Shown here piece after piece: positions 38,360 to 52,961 of a stretch of DNA of 64,000 nt (the first letter of the stretch is position 1; every line of letters begins with the position of its first letter). The notes beneath the pieces were generated by a model. That model saw nothing but the letters and a program-made list of their open reading frames with translations, was not told where the DNA came from and ran no database searches. Both the position numbers and the translations under genes were made by a program. The stretch is from the human T2T-CHM13v2.0 reference genome, Homo sapiens, in assembly GCF_009914755.1 (NCBI RefSeq), contig NC_060925.1; one strand, 5' to 3'.

Positions 38360-40055
38360 CATTATTTACCTCCTTTGTGGACTCTCTGGAGTTGTTGCTT
38401 TAAACTTGCTTTAGTGCCTAACACTGCTCCAACTCCCTGTCCTTTAGCACACACGGATAAATAATTCTGCTGGGAACTGACATGTTTCACTCAGGCATCC
38501 AAATGTATTTATTATGTTGTCAAAATATATAGCACTTGTTACAATGTTTCCATGTTAGACATATTTTGAGATATATGCCTTAACACTGTGCTGTGATTAT
38601 TATTAATATCTAGTAACTAATCTTACCATATCTAAACTCAAAGTTTTCACGATAACACTGCCTTATTAGGGACTGAATTTTTTAAAGTATGAAGATCTTA
38701 CATCAAGTCCAAATTGATTCATCTGATAGTCTCGCAGTAAAATCAACGCCACAGAATTATCTATTCTGTTTCTTGTCTTGTTGTAGCTGATATTCTGTGA
38801 TTGGACATATTGCTAATATCTATTAACCTTAGCATAAAATGTCATATTGAAATTGAAGAGGAATATTGGAACTTGGCTAAGAAAGATTGCTTTTCAGACA
38901 CAGTGAGAACTAAAATGGACCCTCTGTTCCTGGAGGTATATTTTACAAAAATTGGGTGCTATTATAGGAATTCTGTACAATTCTATCTTATGCACTTGTG
39001 TTCCATCAGTGTCAATCCTCTCTGTATTTTAAATTGACTATGATTTCTTTTTCCATCTTTCTGTTTGTCAAGTATTCTTTTGCTGAAAATTTGTTATTCA
39101 TGTTCCAACAGAAAATAGATTTTTTTTCTTTTAACTCATTGGAAAGAATATTTAGAGTCTTTAGTGACAAATGACATGGTATAAATGAAAAGAAAATACT
39201 GACATTGTACTTGAGAAATACTAATTAATTGGGAGAATATTAATTAAAAGACATTGTTTAAATATTTCTATCACAAATTGACAGCAGAACAATACACACC
39301 ACCAGCAAGGTATAATAGTAGATATGAGAGGTAAAATGATTAATTAGATATTGCATTTTCTCCAGAAAACTTATTATTTAGTGGAAACTGGCCAATAATT
39401 TCTTAGGCCTTAGGATAATTTTACCTTTGATTCTCTAGTTAATCAAAAATATATAAAAATATTAACCAAAAATATATATTTTTAAAATACCTACATAATC
39501 TAATGCAGTATGTTTCGCTCTCTTCTTGAAGTGAATTAAATTCCTTATCACTGACCATAAAATTTAACTACATAGATGATTCTTGTTTAAAATAGTTAAA
39601 AGTGAACGTAAAGATCAGTTTTGGTTTTCCTTTTCTTACCCCCGTTTTTTACACTTATATTTGCCTGTGTCATTCATATACTTTTAGAATCCAAAACAAT
39701 AATTAAAAACATAATCATTTGGTTTTCAAAAGCTTTTTGCATCTCTAGAAAGTTAATATAGAGTCTTATAAAACTTTTAGCTAATTCAAAAACAAATCAC
39801 ACATATATAATTGAAGCAAACTTTGTTTGGTAGACTTCTTCGAACCACAGAAATTTCAGTTATGGCATGGTAGGTCTTTTGAAATGTTTCATTTTTTATA
39901 TTTGGAGATGCACAACAAAAGTCTTTCCACTCCAACTCCCCTTTAATAAAAACAGAATGTAACAAAAATATCAAAATCTGTAGGAAAATAACCCATTCGT
40001 CTATGTTAAAGCTATGAGATTTCCAGCCCAAATAAATTATAAGAACCAGTATAGA

Positions 40056-40360
40056 GGCCGGGCGCGATGGCTCACACTTGTAATCCCAACACTTTTGGGG
40101 GCTGAGGCAGGCGGATCAAGAGTTCAGGAGATCAGGACCATCCCAGCTAACACGGTGAAACCCCATCTCTACTAAATATACAAAAAAAGTAATTAGCCAG
40201 GCACAGTGGCGGGTGCCTGTAGTCCCACTACTCAGGAGGCTGAGGCAGGAGAATGGCCTCATCCTGGGAGGTGGAGTTTGCAGTGAGCCGAGATCACACC
40301 ACTGCACTCCAGCCTGGGAGATAGAGTGACACTCTGTCTCCAAAAAAAAAAAAAAAAAAA
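40056..40360 (+). mobile_element. Full-length Alu (AluSc/Y-like)
   Basis: GGCCGGGCGCGATGGCTCAC...A19 tail. Confidence 0.92.
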
Positions 40361-41069
40361 GCATGTAGAAATACTAATACAGTGAAATCTGGACTGATAT
40401 ATAAAGAAAATAACCAACAGATTTTGTCTATGGCACAAAATTCTTAGAAATTTTGAGATCTTTAGCCTTATAGACCTAACAAAATATTTATTAGTTTGAA
40501 CAGTGAGGTACTGGGATATGCTGGGCTTTGAGGCTATACGCAAATCTAATTTTAGAAGTCAGGAACTGTTGTAAGCAATAGCAAAGAATATGTTTGATGA
40601 TCAGCTTGGCAATTGTTGAACAAGCTTCATTCAGCACTGTGAGGATGTAATTAAAGCAGTTGCCCTGCAATCTATTCACTCTCTTCACTGGCGAATGGCC
40701 CAGGCATAAGACTAGAAGGAAGATGAACTGGTTTAGTCTCTTTGTCAGCTGAAATTTTGGTGAAAGAGACTACTGATATTTTTCTAGGATGAAGGGATCT
40801 TATCTCTGAAATACCCTTTGCAGGTTATTCCTGGCTGAAACAAATGCACAGATCCTTTCTTCTTGATCAATTTTGCTGTCGATTCTCATTTTACATTCTT
40901 TATTTCATTTATTTTATTCTTTAGCTCCAGAATTTTTGTTTGGGTTCCATTTTTTCCATCTCTCTGTTGAACTTCTCATTTGGTTTGTGTTTTGTTTTTT
41001 TCAAGTTTTAGTTGAATTGCCTATTTGTCCTCTTGTAACTCATTACTTTCCTTTAAAACAATTATTTGA

Positions 41070-44000
41070 CAGGAAAAACTGCACAAAAATAGAAAAATCT
41101 ATAAATCACATGACGAAGAATTCAAAATAATTATTTTAAAGAATTTCTGAATTTGCAGCAAAAGTTTGCTATAGAGCAACATGAAAGCACAGAAAAGTAT
41201 GAAACTCATTGATTAAGGTAAATATATAAAAAATGCAGAACATGCTAATAGTATAATAGTGGTGTGTAAATCTCTTTTATTGCTAGTATGAAGGTTAAAA
41301 TACCAAAGTAATAATAATTATAGCTACAATAATTTGTTAATAGATACAGAATATTAAAAATATATAATGTGACATCAAATATATAAAATATGGTGGGCTG
41401 AGTAAAAGTATAGGGTTTTGAATATGATCAAAGTTATCAGTTTAAAAGAGTTTGCTCCAATTACAAGATAGTATATATAAGCATCATGCTAATCAAAAAG
41501 ACAAAACCTATGGTAGATACCCAAAAGATAAAGAGAAATCAAACCATGTCAGTACAGAAAATCATGAAATCTCAAAGAAAGACAGCAAGGGAGAAATAAA
41601 GAAACTAATAATATGTTAAAAAGCCAAAAAACAATGAACAAAGTGGCAATTGTATGTTCTTACCTATCAATAATTACCTTGAAGGTAAATTCATTCTATT
41701 CTACATTCAAAACCCAGAATGGCTGAATGGATTACAAAAGAAGACCCATCAATATGCTGCCTACAAGAGACTCACTTCAGCTTCAAGGACACATATGGAG
41801 TGAATGTAGGGGATGAGAAAATTTGATATTCCATGCAAATTAAAACCAGAAAACAGCATGGATAGCTATCCTTATATCAGGCAAAATATACTTTAAGATA
41901 CAACTGTAGCAAGTGATAAAGATGGTCATTAAATAATGAAAAAGTGGTGAGTTGATTAAAGGGATGAAACAATTATAAATAAATATGCACTTAACATTGA
42001 AGCACCTGAAAATATAAAGCAAACATTAATATCTGGAGGGACAGATACACAGCAATCAATAATATTAGGGAAATAGGTAACCTTATTGATACTGTTGCAA
42101 TTATCAATACTCCAATTGCAACAATGGATAGATCATTTAGATAGACAATCTATAAGGAAAAAAAACATTAGACTTGATCTGCACTTTAGACCAAACGGAC
42201 CTAACAGATGTATGTTCACATTTCATCTACAGCTGGAGAACAGGTGTTCTTCTCAAGCTAACAAGAAACATCCTCCAAAATAGAGCATATTTGAAATTAC
42301 ATAATGTCTTAATACATTTAAGAAGATTGAAGTTGTATCAAGTATCTTTTTTAACCACAATGGTATATAACTAGAAATCAGCAACAGGAGGAAAACTGGA
42401 AAATTCAAAAATAAGTGAACATAATGCAATCCTTAACAAAAAGTGTTTTAAAAAGGAAATGAAAAGGAAAATAAAAAATCTTGATACAAAAATGAAAACA
42501 CAATACTCCAAAACTTGTGGCATGCAGTAAGACCGTGCTAAGAAGAAAATTTGTATGACAAACACCTACATTAAAGAAAAAACATCTCAAATAATCTATC
42601 ATTAAACCTCAAGGAACTAGATAAAAAGAAGAGCAAACTAAGCCCAAAGCTAATACAAGAAAGCAAAGAAATATCAAAGCAAAATAAAGAAATAGACAGT
42701 AGAAAAATAATAGAAATTGAAAGACTTTCTGTGTTCATCAATGGGAGAAATCAATACTGTCAAAATGCTATTGGACAAAACAATCTACAGATAAATGTAA
42801 TCCCTATCAAATGTCCAGCGGCATTTTTCACAGAAACAGAAATAAATACTAAAATTTGTATGAAATTACAAAAGACTATAAGTACCTAAAGTGATCTTGT
42901 GCAAGAAGAACAAACAGGAGGTACCACACTTCTCACTTTCAAGTTATATTACAAAACTACAGCAAATTTTATATATACTGACATGAAAACAGTGACATAG
43001 AAGAATGGAACAGAATAGAAAGCCTAGAAATAAACCTACACCAAGACGGTCAAAAAATCTTCAATAACATGCCCAAAATACCTAATGGAGACAGGATAGT
43101 CTCTTCAATAAATAGCGTTTAGAAAAACTGCAGGCCCACATGCAAAATAATGAAATTTGACAGTTATAATATGCACAGGAATAAATTGAACATTGAAAAG
43201 GAATTTAAACTTAACATCTGAAACCAAAGAATCCCTAGAAGAAACCAGGGGAAATCCTCCTTAAGATTGACCTTGGCATGATTTTTTGGCTATGAATCTC
43301 AAAATATAGACAAGACAAACAAAAATAAACACATGGAACTACACCAAAGTAAGAGGTTGCTGCACAGTAAAAAAAAAAATAATAATTAATTAATTAATTA
43401 ATTAATTAAAAAGGTCACCCATGGAATGGTAGAAAATACTTGAAAACAATATATCTGATAATGGATTAATATCTGAAACAGATAAGAAACTAATAATCAG
43501 AAAAAAATCCTGATTAGAACATGAGCAAGAGACCTGAACAGACTTTTTTCCAAGGTAGACTTGCACATGGCCAACACATGAATGAAGAGGTGCACAAAAT
43601 CACTAAACAAGTGGGAAATATAAACTGAAATGAAAATGAGATGTCACATTACATCTTTTAAAATGGCCAATATAAAAAGCCAAAAGATAGATAGTGTTGA
43701 CAAGGATGTATCAAAACGAGAATGCTTATAGAGTTTTGGTGGGAATGTAAATTGGTACAACCATTATGGAATACAGCATGGAGGGTCCTCAAATAATTAA
43801 AGACTTACCATATGATGCAGCAATTATACTTTTAGGTATAAATTTATATACCTGTGGGTGTGTTGGCTCACACCTGTAATTCCAGCACTTTGAGAAGCTG
43901 AGGCAGGCAGATTACATGAGGTCAGGAGTTCAAGACCAGAGTTGCCAACATGGCGAATCCCTGTCTCTACTAAAAACCATAAAAATTAGCCAGGTGTGGT

Positions 44001-44258
44001 GGTGGGCACCTGTAATCCCAGCTACTTGGGAGGCTGCGGCATGGAGAATTGTTTGAACCTGGGAAGCAGAGGTTCCAGTGAGCCGAGAACTTGATGCCAT
44101 TTTATATAATTATCCTTTCACAGACAAAAGAAATCTAATCACTATCTTGAAGAGATATCTGCATTCCTGTGTTCATTGCAGCATTATTCCCAAAACCCAA
44201 AATATGGAAACAACCTAAGTGTTGATAGATGAGTAGTATGTGAATTGTGATATCTATC

Positions 44259-44307
<49 letters not shown>

Positions 44308-44820
44308 CAATGGAATATCATTCAGTATTAAAAAGAATGAAATTTGGCCCTTTGTAACAAAATGAATGACCCTAGAGGATATTATGCTAAGTGAAATAAG
44401 CCAGGCAGAGAAAGAAAAATACTACAGGTACAACCATGCAAACTTGCCATTATAAGATGAATAAGTTAGGGAGATCTAACGTACAACATGGTAACAATAG
44501 ATAATAATAATGTATGCTTTAAGTTCATGGAGTGTAGATCTTAAGTATTATCCTTTCCCAACATGTGATAACTATGTGAAGACATGAATATGTTAATTAG
44601 CTTGATAGTGAAAATCATTTTAATATATACTTGATGGGCGCAGGGTGAGAGGAGAGTGAGGGTCAAAACACTACCTGCTGGGGACTATGCTCACTAGCTG
44701 GGTGATGAAATCATTTGTACACCAAACCCCAGCAACATGCAATTACCCACGTAACAAACCTGCACATGTACCTCCTGAACCTAAAATAGAAGTTGAGAAA
44801 AGAAAAAGAAGATATCAGTT
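41070..44820 (+). mobile_element. Old L1M (ORF2 endonuclease to 3'UTR, internally deleted) with nested partial Alu (about 43853-44090) and (ATCT)12 at 44259-44306
   Basis: ATATGCTGCCTACAAGAGACTCAC (ICCLQETH) and further ORF2 motifs. Runs uninterrupted across the arm boundary at 43766. Confidence 0.82.
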
Positions 44821-47778
44821 TCCTATAGGGAGCTCCAGGTTTGTTCCAAACAGTAGAGAGACAAACCTATCAAGGATGAAATATATACAAGAGTAGGCAC
44901 AACTTAAACAATGTGTGTAAGGCAATCAATTCTATATAACTCAGCAACTCCTAGGCTTCTTATCAAATAAAATCACTGATGTGTCATAACTTCTAAACTA
45001 AAAACAACACAAATGCCCATTCACAGTAGAATGAATAAATAAATTACTTTTGCTTCCCACAGGGGAATACGGCACAGCAATGAAACAATGATCTGCTGCT
45101 ACACAAAATGTAGATGATTCTTACAAACTTCAACTGAGTGAAAGAAGTCAGACTCAAAAGAATACAGATAGCAACTTTCCATTTATATGAAATTGAGGAG
45201 CAGGGAAATCCATCGTGATAGAGTTCATGATAATGATGACCTTTGGTGAGTAACTGGTTGAGAAAGTGCAAGAGAGTGGTTGTGGGAGCTGGAAATACTC
45301 CATATCTTGCTTGATTTGAGTGATGATGGGGATATATACACTTATAAAAATTATAATGCTATATGCTTAAGATTTATGTATTTTACTATTTGTAAGATAT
45401 ATATTAGTTGAAAAAATGCTGCAGTGTAAAGGAAACCAGTAAAAATATGCTACCTAGAATTGTAGATTTGTTTAACAAAAAAGCATTTGAGTAGTCTATT
45501 GATTATTAGTTAGCAAGTTTATATTAAGCATCATTGTCCTGAATACTTTTTAGTATGTACCAGTAAGTGTTTGCCTTTCTCAACTAGGGCTAATTAAAAA
45601 AAACTCAAAACCTCATGTTGTACACATTGAATATATATAATTTTAACTTGTGAATTATACCACCATAAAACTAAAAATCTAATTAAAATGAGTTCGAATA
45701 AATTTTAGGGAAAATAGGATAATGAAAATTATGAGCTTAAGAATATGCATAGATAAAAAATAAACTGTTGATAGAAATTTTATTGTTATATTTCAGAAAA
45801 TCATATAAAAAGCTGTGCTAAAAGTTTCCAGAGAGAGAGTACATAGTTCTCCTGCAGTGGATTAAAATGAGATTAGCATTGGAGTACTAGTCTAAAACCA
45901 CAGATAGAGTCTGGAGTCAGATCTCAGAAATACAATATATTTGATAAGTAATGAGAGACAAGTTATTTAAATTTTTGGGACCTAAACATCCAGTCTGTAA
46001 GTTTGTTGAAAAAAATAAACAGGCTAAAGAGACCTTAATTTACAGGGAGGGCTAAATTATTACCTATTATTGTAAAACATAATAGCAGTGACATTAAAAG
46101 CTTGAGTGCTGTAGAACAATATATTGAAAATCACTTTTTGAAGTTATATACATATTTATATTACTTTAATAATTTGCACAATGTAGGAAGAAAAGCTTGC
46201 TTTGCACAGGCAACATTTTGCCAAATAATCTCCAAATCATCATGAATTCTCAATTAGTCAGATTAACAATAATAAAATTTTATTGTAGAGGAGGATTATT
46301 TTTTCATTAATATATTTGTACCTACACATAGTGTATATGTAATATTTTGTTACCTGCCTGGACTTTACAATGATCAATTCAAAGTATCCGGGGTGTCCAT
46401 AACCTCAAGTATTATTTCCATATGTTAAGAAAGTTTCAAGTCCTTTAGCTATTTTGGAAAATACAATACATTGCTGTTTATATGTAGTCACCTTACTCTG
46501 CTATGAAATATTAGAACTTATGTCTTCCAAGTAACTGTATGTTTGGACCCATTAACAAACTTTTCTTTATTCCTCCCACCCACAGAAACTCTTTCCAGCC
46601 TCTGGTATCTATGTATTATTCTATTCTCTACCTCCATGAGATCAATATTTTTAGCTTTCACGTTCTATTCTTAGAATAAGAACATGTGATGCTTGTCTTT
46701 CTGTGCCTGGCTTATTTCACCTAACACAATGACTTCCAGTTCCAACCGTCTTGCTGTAAATGATAAAATTTCATTCTTTTTTATGGACAAAAACTCTTCC
46801 ACTGCTTGTATATATACCACGTTGCTTTTATTCATTCATCCATTGATGGACACAGGTTGATTTCATATCTTTGCTATTGTGAATAGTGCAATAAATATGA
46901 GAGTGTGGTTAACTCTTTGATATACTCATTTATTTTCCTTTGGATACATAGCTAGTAATAAATAGCTTGCACCTCTGGTCTCAGCTACTTGGGAGACTAA
47001 GGCAAGAGGATTACTTGAGCCCCCGAGGTTTAGATTGCAGTGAGCCGTGATCACACCACTGCGTTCCAGCCTGGGTGACAGAGTGAGACCCTCTCCCTCC
47101 TCAAAAAATCCTTAAGAAATATGTTGATGCCTGGTTCCCTTATTCAGAATTTTCATTTGATGTGTTGAGAGTGTAGCACAGAAGTTGGAATAAACCTCTC
47201 AAACTGATTTTGATGTGCAACCAAGGTCGGGAACCACCAAGGAAGAGTTTTTATGCATAAAGATTCCTATACTCTATCCTAGAACTAATACATATGAATC
47301 TCTGGGAATGGAGTATAAGACTCGGATTTGAAAAGGTGTCCTTAGTTATTCTAAGGACTGAGCAGTTTGGATACTGGTTTGTTAGAGTAAAATGGTTAGG
47401 TACCTAGTATCAACCTAGCCATCTAACCTTATATTAACAACTAGGAAAATAAAGGGTTGGAGCCTCTGTGTTTCTTTGCTGAAAAATCTGCTGCTATTCT
47501 TAGTTCTATGAAAACAAATTCAAAATTCGGTTATTATCACCTTAAAAGTACAAAACCTATAGATATTGAAAATGCAATTATTTTTCTACAGGCATAGTTA
47601 AAATGAGTTTGTATATATTATAAATCAGTTTCTTTATAAGTCATTTATTTAGATAAATTTTGTTATACTGACATGATTCACTAATTTTCTAAATATAAAT
47701 GGTTCAGCTCTCAGTTATTTTTAAACTAAAGAGCTGTGTTATACTTATTATTTCTAATTGGCTTTTATGATGTTTTAG

Positions 47779-47977
47779 GTTTCTTTTGAATCCCGTGTCC
47801 TTCAAGTGCTTTCCAACTTTGAGAAGAAGAAATTGACCACCCGGACTATGGAACTGTGCGTAACAGCTTTGAAAGTGTATTTAAAAATTAAATCTGTATG
47901 CCTTTAAATCAGTGAATTGGAAATATATTACATGTATTTTAATGACTTTCCTCAAATACAATAAATTGTTTTCTTTC
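47779..47977 (+). other. Orphan terminal-exon-like segment (possibly a duplicated RNPC3 3' end)
   Basis: CTAAT branch point, TGTTTTAG|G acceptor at 47778, AATAAA at 47960-47965, T/GT-rich downstream. Confidence 0.3.
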
Positions 47978-50267
47978 CAATGGAATGGTGTTTGTATTTT
48001 TTCTTTACCTGGTTTAACACATGTAGGAGAACATAACTAGATGATTACATCAAATTCTTTTTAAGGCAATTTTATAATATATTTTATTTATGATTACAAA
48101 AACTGCCTTTTAAAAGTTCTTGCCTGGATATGAATGCAGTTTCACATTTTTTAAATTGTAATCTTGCTTTTTGTAATTATTTTATATTTGTCTGGCTTCG
48201 AGTTTTATTGGGTTTTAGTTTTTTGGAAGTGGGGGATTTATCCCAATTTAGAAATTTGTATCCTTGCCGTAATACAGTCTACCATTTTTGTTCTCCCAGA
48301 TCTTTCATCTGTCAGAACATCACTCAAAGGTGAAAATATTTCCCACATAAAATTATTCTTTTCCTTTAGTGAAATTAGTTCCAGCTGTATATACGTAGGA
48401 AAACATTCTTCTTTTTATTCGATTCATTCCTATAGGTACGTTCCTGGGTCTGTGATTACACCTTTACCTTAGAGGCACTGCCCAAAAAGACTCAAGTCTT
48501 GTGTAAAAATGCTGTTGTGGATCATAGCTTCCTACCTTTTACAGCATCGTGAGGCAGGGAGAGTAAGAACATTAGAGACAGGAATTAGAGGCATGGAGAA
48601 ATGAACCCTGGAGCATCCCAATGGTGAGATATAAAATAGTTCAAGAACTATTAAAGAAGACTAAGGAGGAATAGCTAGAAGCTAAATGAAGAAAGTATCT
48701 CAAATAGGAAGGAGTGATCAAATATTTTAGCTGTGTTGATGAGTTAGGAAAGATGAGTTTTTGGATTAAGCACTGGGTAGAGCAACCTTTGGGACATTGA
48801 CGTTGACCAACTTGGTGGATATCAGGAGTAAGAGGAGGTACTCAAGAGAATGTTGGAGAGGAATTTAATATAGTGAGTATTGAAGACAACACTTAAGGAG
48901 TCTTGCTTTCAAGGGGATGTGAGAAATGGGTTGTTAATGGAGGGTAATATAGCATCAAAAAGCTGTTTATTTTAAGATCGATGATATAGCAGGTTTCTAT
49001 GCTAATGGGACTGATTCAGTAGACAGAAAAAGCATAATGCAGGAAACAGAGGGATATTGATGAAGACATAGACCTGGTAAAAAAATAGAAGGCTTGGTTT
49101 TAAAGATAGGCACACAAACAGCTAATTACTAACAGTAGGATGTACGTCAGATTATGGAGGTCCAGATGTTTGTAGTTCAGTAGATAGGAGGAGCATGTCA
49201 AATTTTTGTGATATTTTCTCAGTGAAATAGGAAGCAAGCTCATAAAAAGGGAAGAAATCACGAAGGATTAAGGAAGGAAAAAGAGATGTAAAATGAATAG
49301 CTAGGAATGTACAAAAGTAAACAAACTCTTGGCAATCTGTGGTTTATTTAAGTGGTATTAGTCAATGTGGTTTCGTGTTCTTTTCCAGTTCAGTTCAGCA
49401 GAGGCGCTATCACTGAATAAGTACAGAATTCAGTTTAACTAAAGGTGAGATTTCTCTAGGTGAATAAAACAGTCAGTGATGAGATGTTCATACATTTAGG
49501 AGAATGATTATAAAAGAGGGATATGGAAAGTAATCTGGGTTAAGGAGTGAAGTGAGAAAATAAAGAAGGTTGAGACAGTGGAAAATGGTATCATCAATTG
49601 TAGATTGCAGTGTGGTTGACGATGCAATGGAGTTCTCGAGGTAGGAACTAGAAATTTGGGAGATTTAGATAAGAGTGGGTTGATTGAAATTGGAAGTATT
49701 AGAGGATAATAGTATATAATAGTACTAAGTATAGTATACTAAGTATAGTAGCATAGTGCTAAGTATATACTATCTTGTGAGTATAAGTTTTAGGATGTGA
49801 AGATGGGGGTAGCATAGAGGCAAAGTGATGGAAGGAGATGAGTTAAAGGAATTGAGAACCTAGGAGACTGAAAGGATTATCTAAATGAATTTTGAAATCT
49901 CAACAAGAGCTGTGCTGAGTGCTTGTAGTCATTATTTTATGTTTACTACTCTGTGAGAAGACAGCACTTCCTTTTGTGAGTAATGGAAAGTTCTTTCATG
50001 TGTCAATTGTAAGATACTTTATTAGGTTCAATTATCTTTAGTAATGCATACTAAAAAATAGTGAGCTCAGTGGGATTATTCAGTAGATATGTGAGCTAAC
50101 CCCCTCTGTCAGACACCTAAGAGGTAGAACTGATGGTCTTCAAGAGGAATAGAGACTTCTCATCCTAAGTGTGTAAGCTGTGAAATATCCCACCCTATGT
50201 TTTCTGAAAACAAACGTTATATAGAGTGTCCACATAAAAGCTAACAGGAAATCTCACACACACACAG

Positions 50268-50299
<32 letters not shown>

Positions 50300-52887
50300 C
50301 ATTGAAAAACTTCAGGAAAGATATACCCTGTACCCAACATGAACGAGGTCAAAGCAATGAAGAAAAAGCTAGGAAATCAAATAAGTCTAGAACAACTGTG
50401 ACTAATATATAAAGATTTGAGGTGGTTATATCCATTTAAATGGTATCAATTAGAAAGGAAAAAAAGAGGCCAGGCACAGTGGCTCATTTCTGTAACGCCA
50501 GTACTTTGGGAGGCCAACACAGGCAAATCAACCTGTGGTCAGGGGTTAGAGACAAGCCTGGCCAACACGGTGAGACCCCGTCTCTACTAAAAATACAAAA
50601 ATATTTGCTGGACTTGGTGTCGCGTGCCTGTGCTCCCAGCTGCTTGGGAGGCTGAGGCAGGAGAATTGTTTTGACCCAGAAGGGGAGATTGCAGTGAGCT
50701 GAGATTGCGCCATTGCATTCCAGCCTGGGTGATGGAGTAACATCCAAAAAAAGGTATTTTACATAAGAAATTTTATTTTATTTTTCTGTAAATTATAAAA
50801 TAGCACTTAATATGGAATTTATATACCAGAATCTTTGAATATCCAAAATTTAAGATGAGAGCAATTTTGAGAAACTTTTCAAAGCTTAGGAAAAGGTAAC
50901 TACATAAAACACCATTATGTGTTATTTATGGGTACATTAGATGAAGTAAGTCACAAAAACACGCATAGAAATGATCATATAAACTTGCAAGAAATTGAAT
51001 GTCTTGCTATTGAAGGAAAGGTTGAGGTGTAAGAGATTGAGGTTGAGTGTGAGAAGCTCTGTATATATTGTATTTTTCTTAAAAATATATATTTAAACTC
51101 ACATTTCTTGTTTTTCAAATGTTCACTCCAATGAAAATTCTTTTACTTTTCCTGTTAGAATTTTTATTTCCACTCTCACATATGCAGTGTACTATTGTTC
51201 AGAAATATTAGTGATCCTCCTTGCAAATGAATACTCCCATCCTGCTGATTTTCAGAAGGTCCAAGTGATTTGCTTTGGCTGTGAAATGTAAGCAGAAAGA
51301 GTGTTATTTTGGGGACTTCCCGATTGCAAAACAACATAGTATCGCAACTTTTGACATAGCATTTACGTTGCATTAGTCATTATAAGTAATCTGAGATGAT
51401 GTAAAGGTTATATGGAAATACTACATTTTATATAAAGGACTCGAGTAGTTATTGCTTTAAGTATCCATGGTGGGTCCTGGAACCAATTCCTCATGGATAT
51501 GGAGGCACAAGGAACCACTGTAGTTAAACAAATAATCACTTTAAAACTTAAAACCTTTTGCATGGTGAGTACAGTCATGCACCGCATATATGATGGTGGT
51601 ATAGTTAAGTTTATTATGCCATACATTTATTGGAAGTTTCCTATGTTTAAATGTATTGAGATACACAGCTACACTGCTTTACAGTTGCCTATAGTATTCA
51701 GTAAAATAACATGCTTTACAGGTTTGTAGCCTAGGAGGAATAGGCTATGCAATCTAGGTTAATGAAGTCCATTCTGTGATATTTGCACAGTGGCTTAATT
51801 ACCTAAGGGCTTTGTCTTCAGAACATACTCCTGTCATTAAGGAATGCATGAGTGTAGTTGGACAAAAAATAATAATGCAGGCATACCTTTGGCACTGTCC
51901 TAATTCTTACCAACATCCATGATTGCTTAAATTTGCACTGGAAAGACTTCAAAAAACAGTGATATATTAGGACAGTATATTTCCAATACATGACAAATGA
52001 TAACAACATAAGAACTCAAAACATTCAATAAGAAAGAACATAACAATTAAAGCAAAACTAGATGGGAAAAGGAAGAAGCAAATTTCAAGAGAAAACTCAA
52101 AAGGCCAAAAAGTGTGAAATGATGTTCAGCCTTGCTAGTAATTGGGAAAAACACAAATCTCTTTTTTTTTTTTTTTTTTTTTTTGAGAGGGAGTCACCCT
52201 CTGTCGCCAACACTGGAGTGCATTGGGGCGATCTGGGCTCACTGCAAGCTCTGCCTCCCAAGTTCACACCGCCATTCTCCTGCCTCAGCCTCCAAAGTAG
52301 CTGGGACTACAGGGGCCCGCCACCATGCCTGGTTAATTTTTTGTGTTTTTCGTAGAGACAGGGTTTCACCATGTTAGCCAGGATGGTCTCCATCTCCTGA
52401 CCTCGTGATCTGCCTGCCTCAACTTCCCAATGTTCTGGGATTACAGCTGTGAGCCACCGTGTCTGGCCCAAATCATTTTTAATCTATTAGGCAAAAATTA
52501 GAGCTATGATAATATTCATTTTTGGTGGGAGTGTGGCAAAAGGTACTATAACAGAATGCTACTAGAGAGTAAACTTTGATACATTTGTAAGGGCAATTTT
52601 GCATAATATGAAAATTTAAAAATATGCTTCCAGTTTCACATACGTTTATCTAGCATACAGAATTACCCATGTGTAAACATGTATACAGATGTTCATTATA
52701 ACACTTCTTATAAAAACAAAATATTTGCAAATATTCATATGAACAAGTGCATACATATGATCTTAGTCCAGTTAGAATTTTCTGTTTTATTTCAATCCTT
52801 TAAAAGACTCAACTTCTGATTCTATATAAACAATTCAAAAAAGAATGTGTTTTCCCTATGTGCATTTGGTCAGGTAAATTAAAAAAT

Positions 52888-52961
52888 ACACCTCATGCTA
52901 GCCTCACAAAACTGGAATAAGCCTTGGGAAAGAAGTTGTCCTTGAAGCTTGTATCTGACAT
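52888..52961 (+). pseudogene. Upstream stub of the gamma-actin pseudogene 3'UTR
   Basis: ACACCTCATGCTAGCCTCAC...GTATCTGACAT. Confidence 0.85.

Noticed and set aside
43378-43408. (TAAT)n self-complementary tract
   Set aside because: Ordinary microsatellite arising in an A-rich L1 segment.
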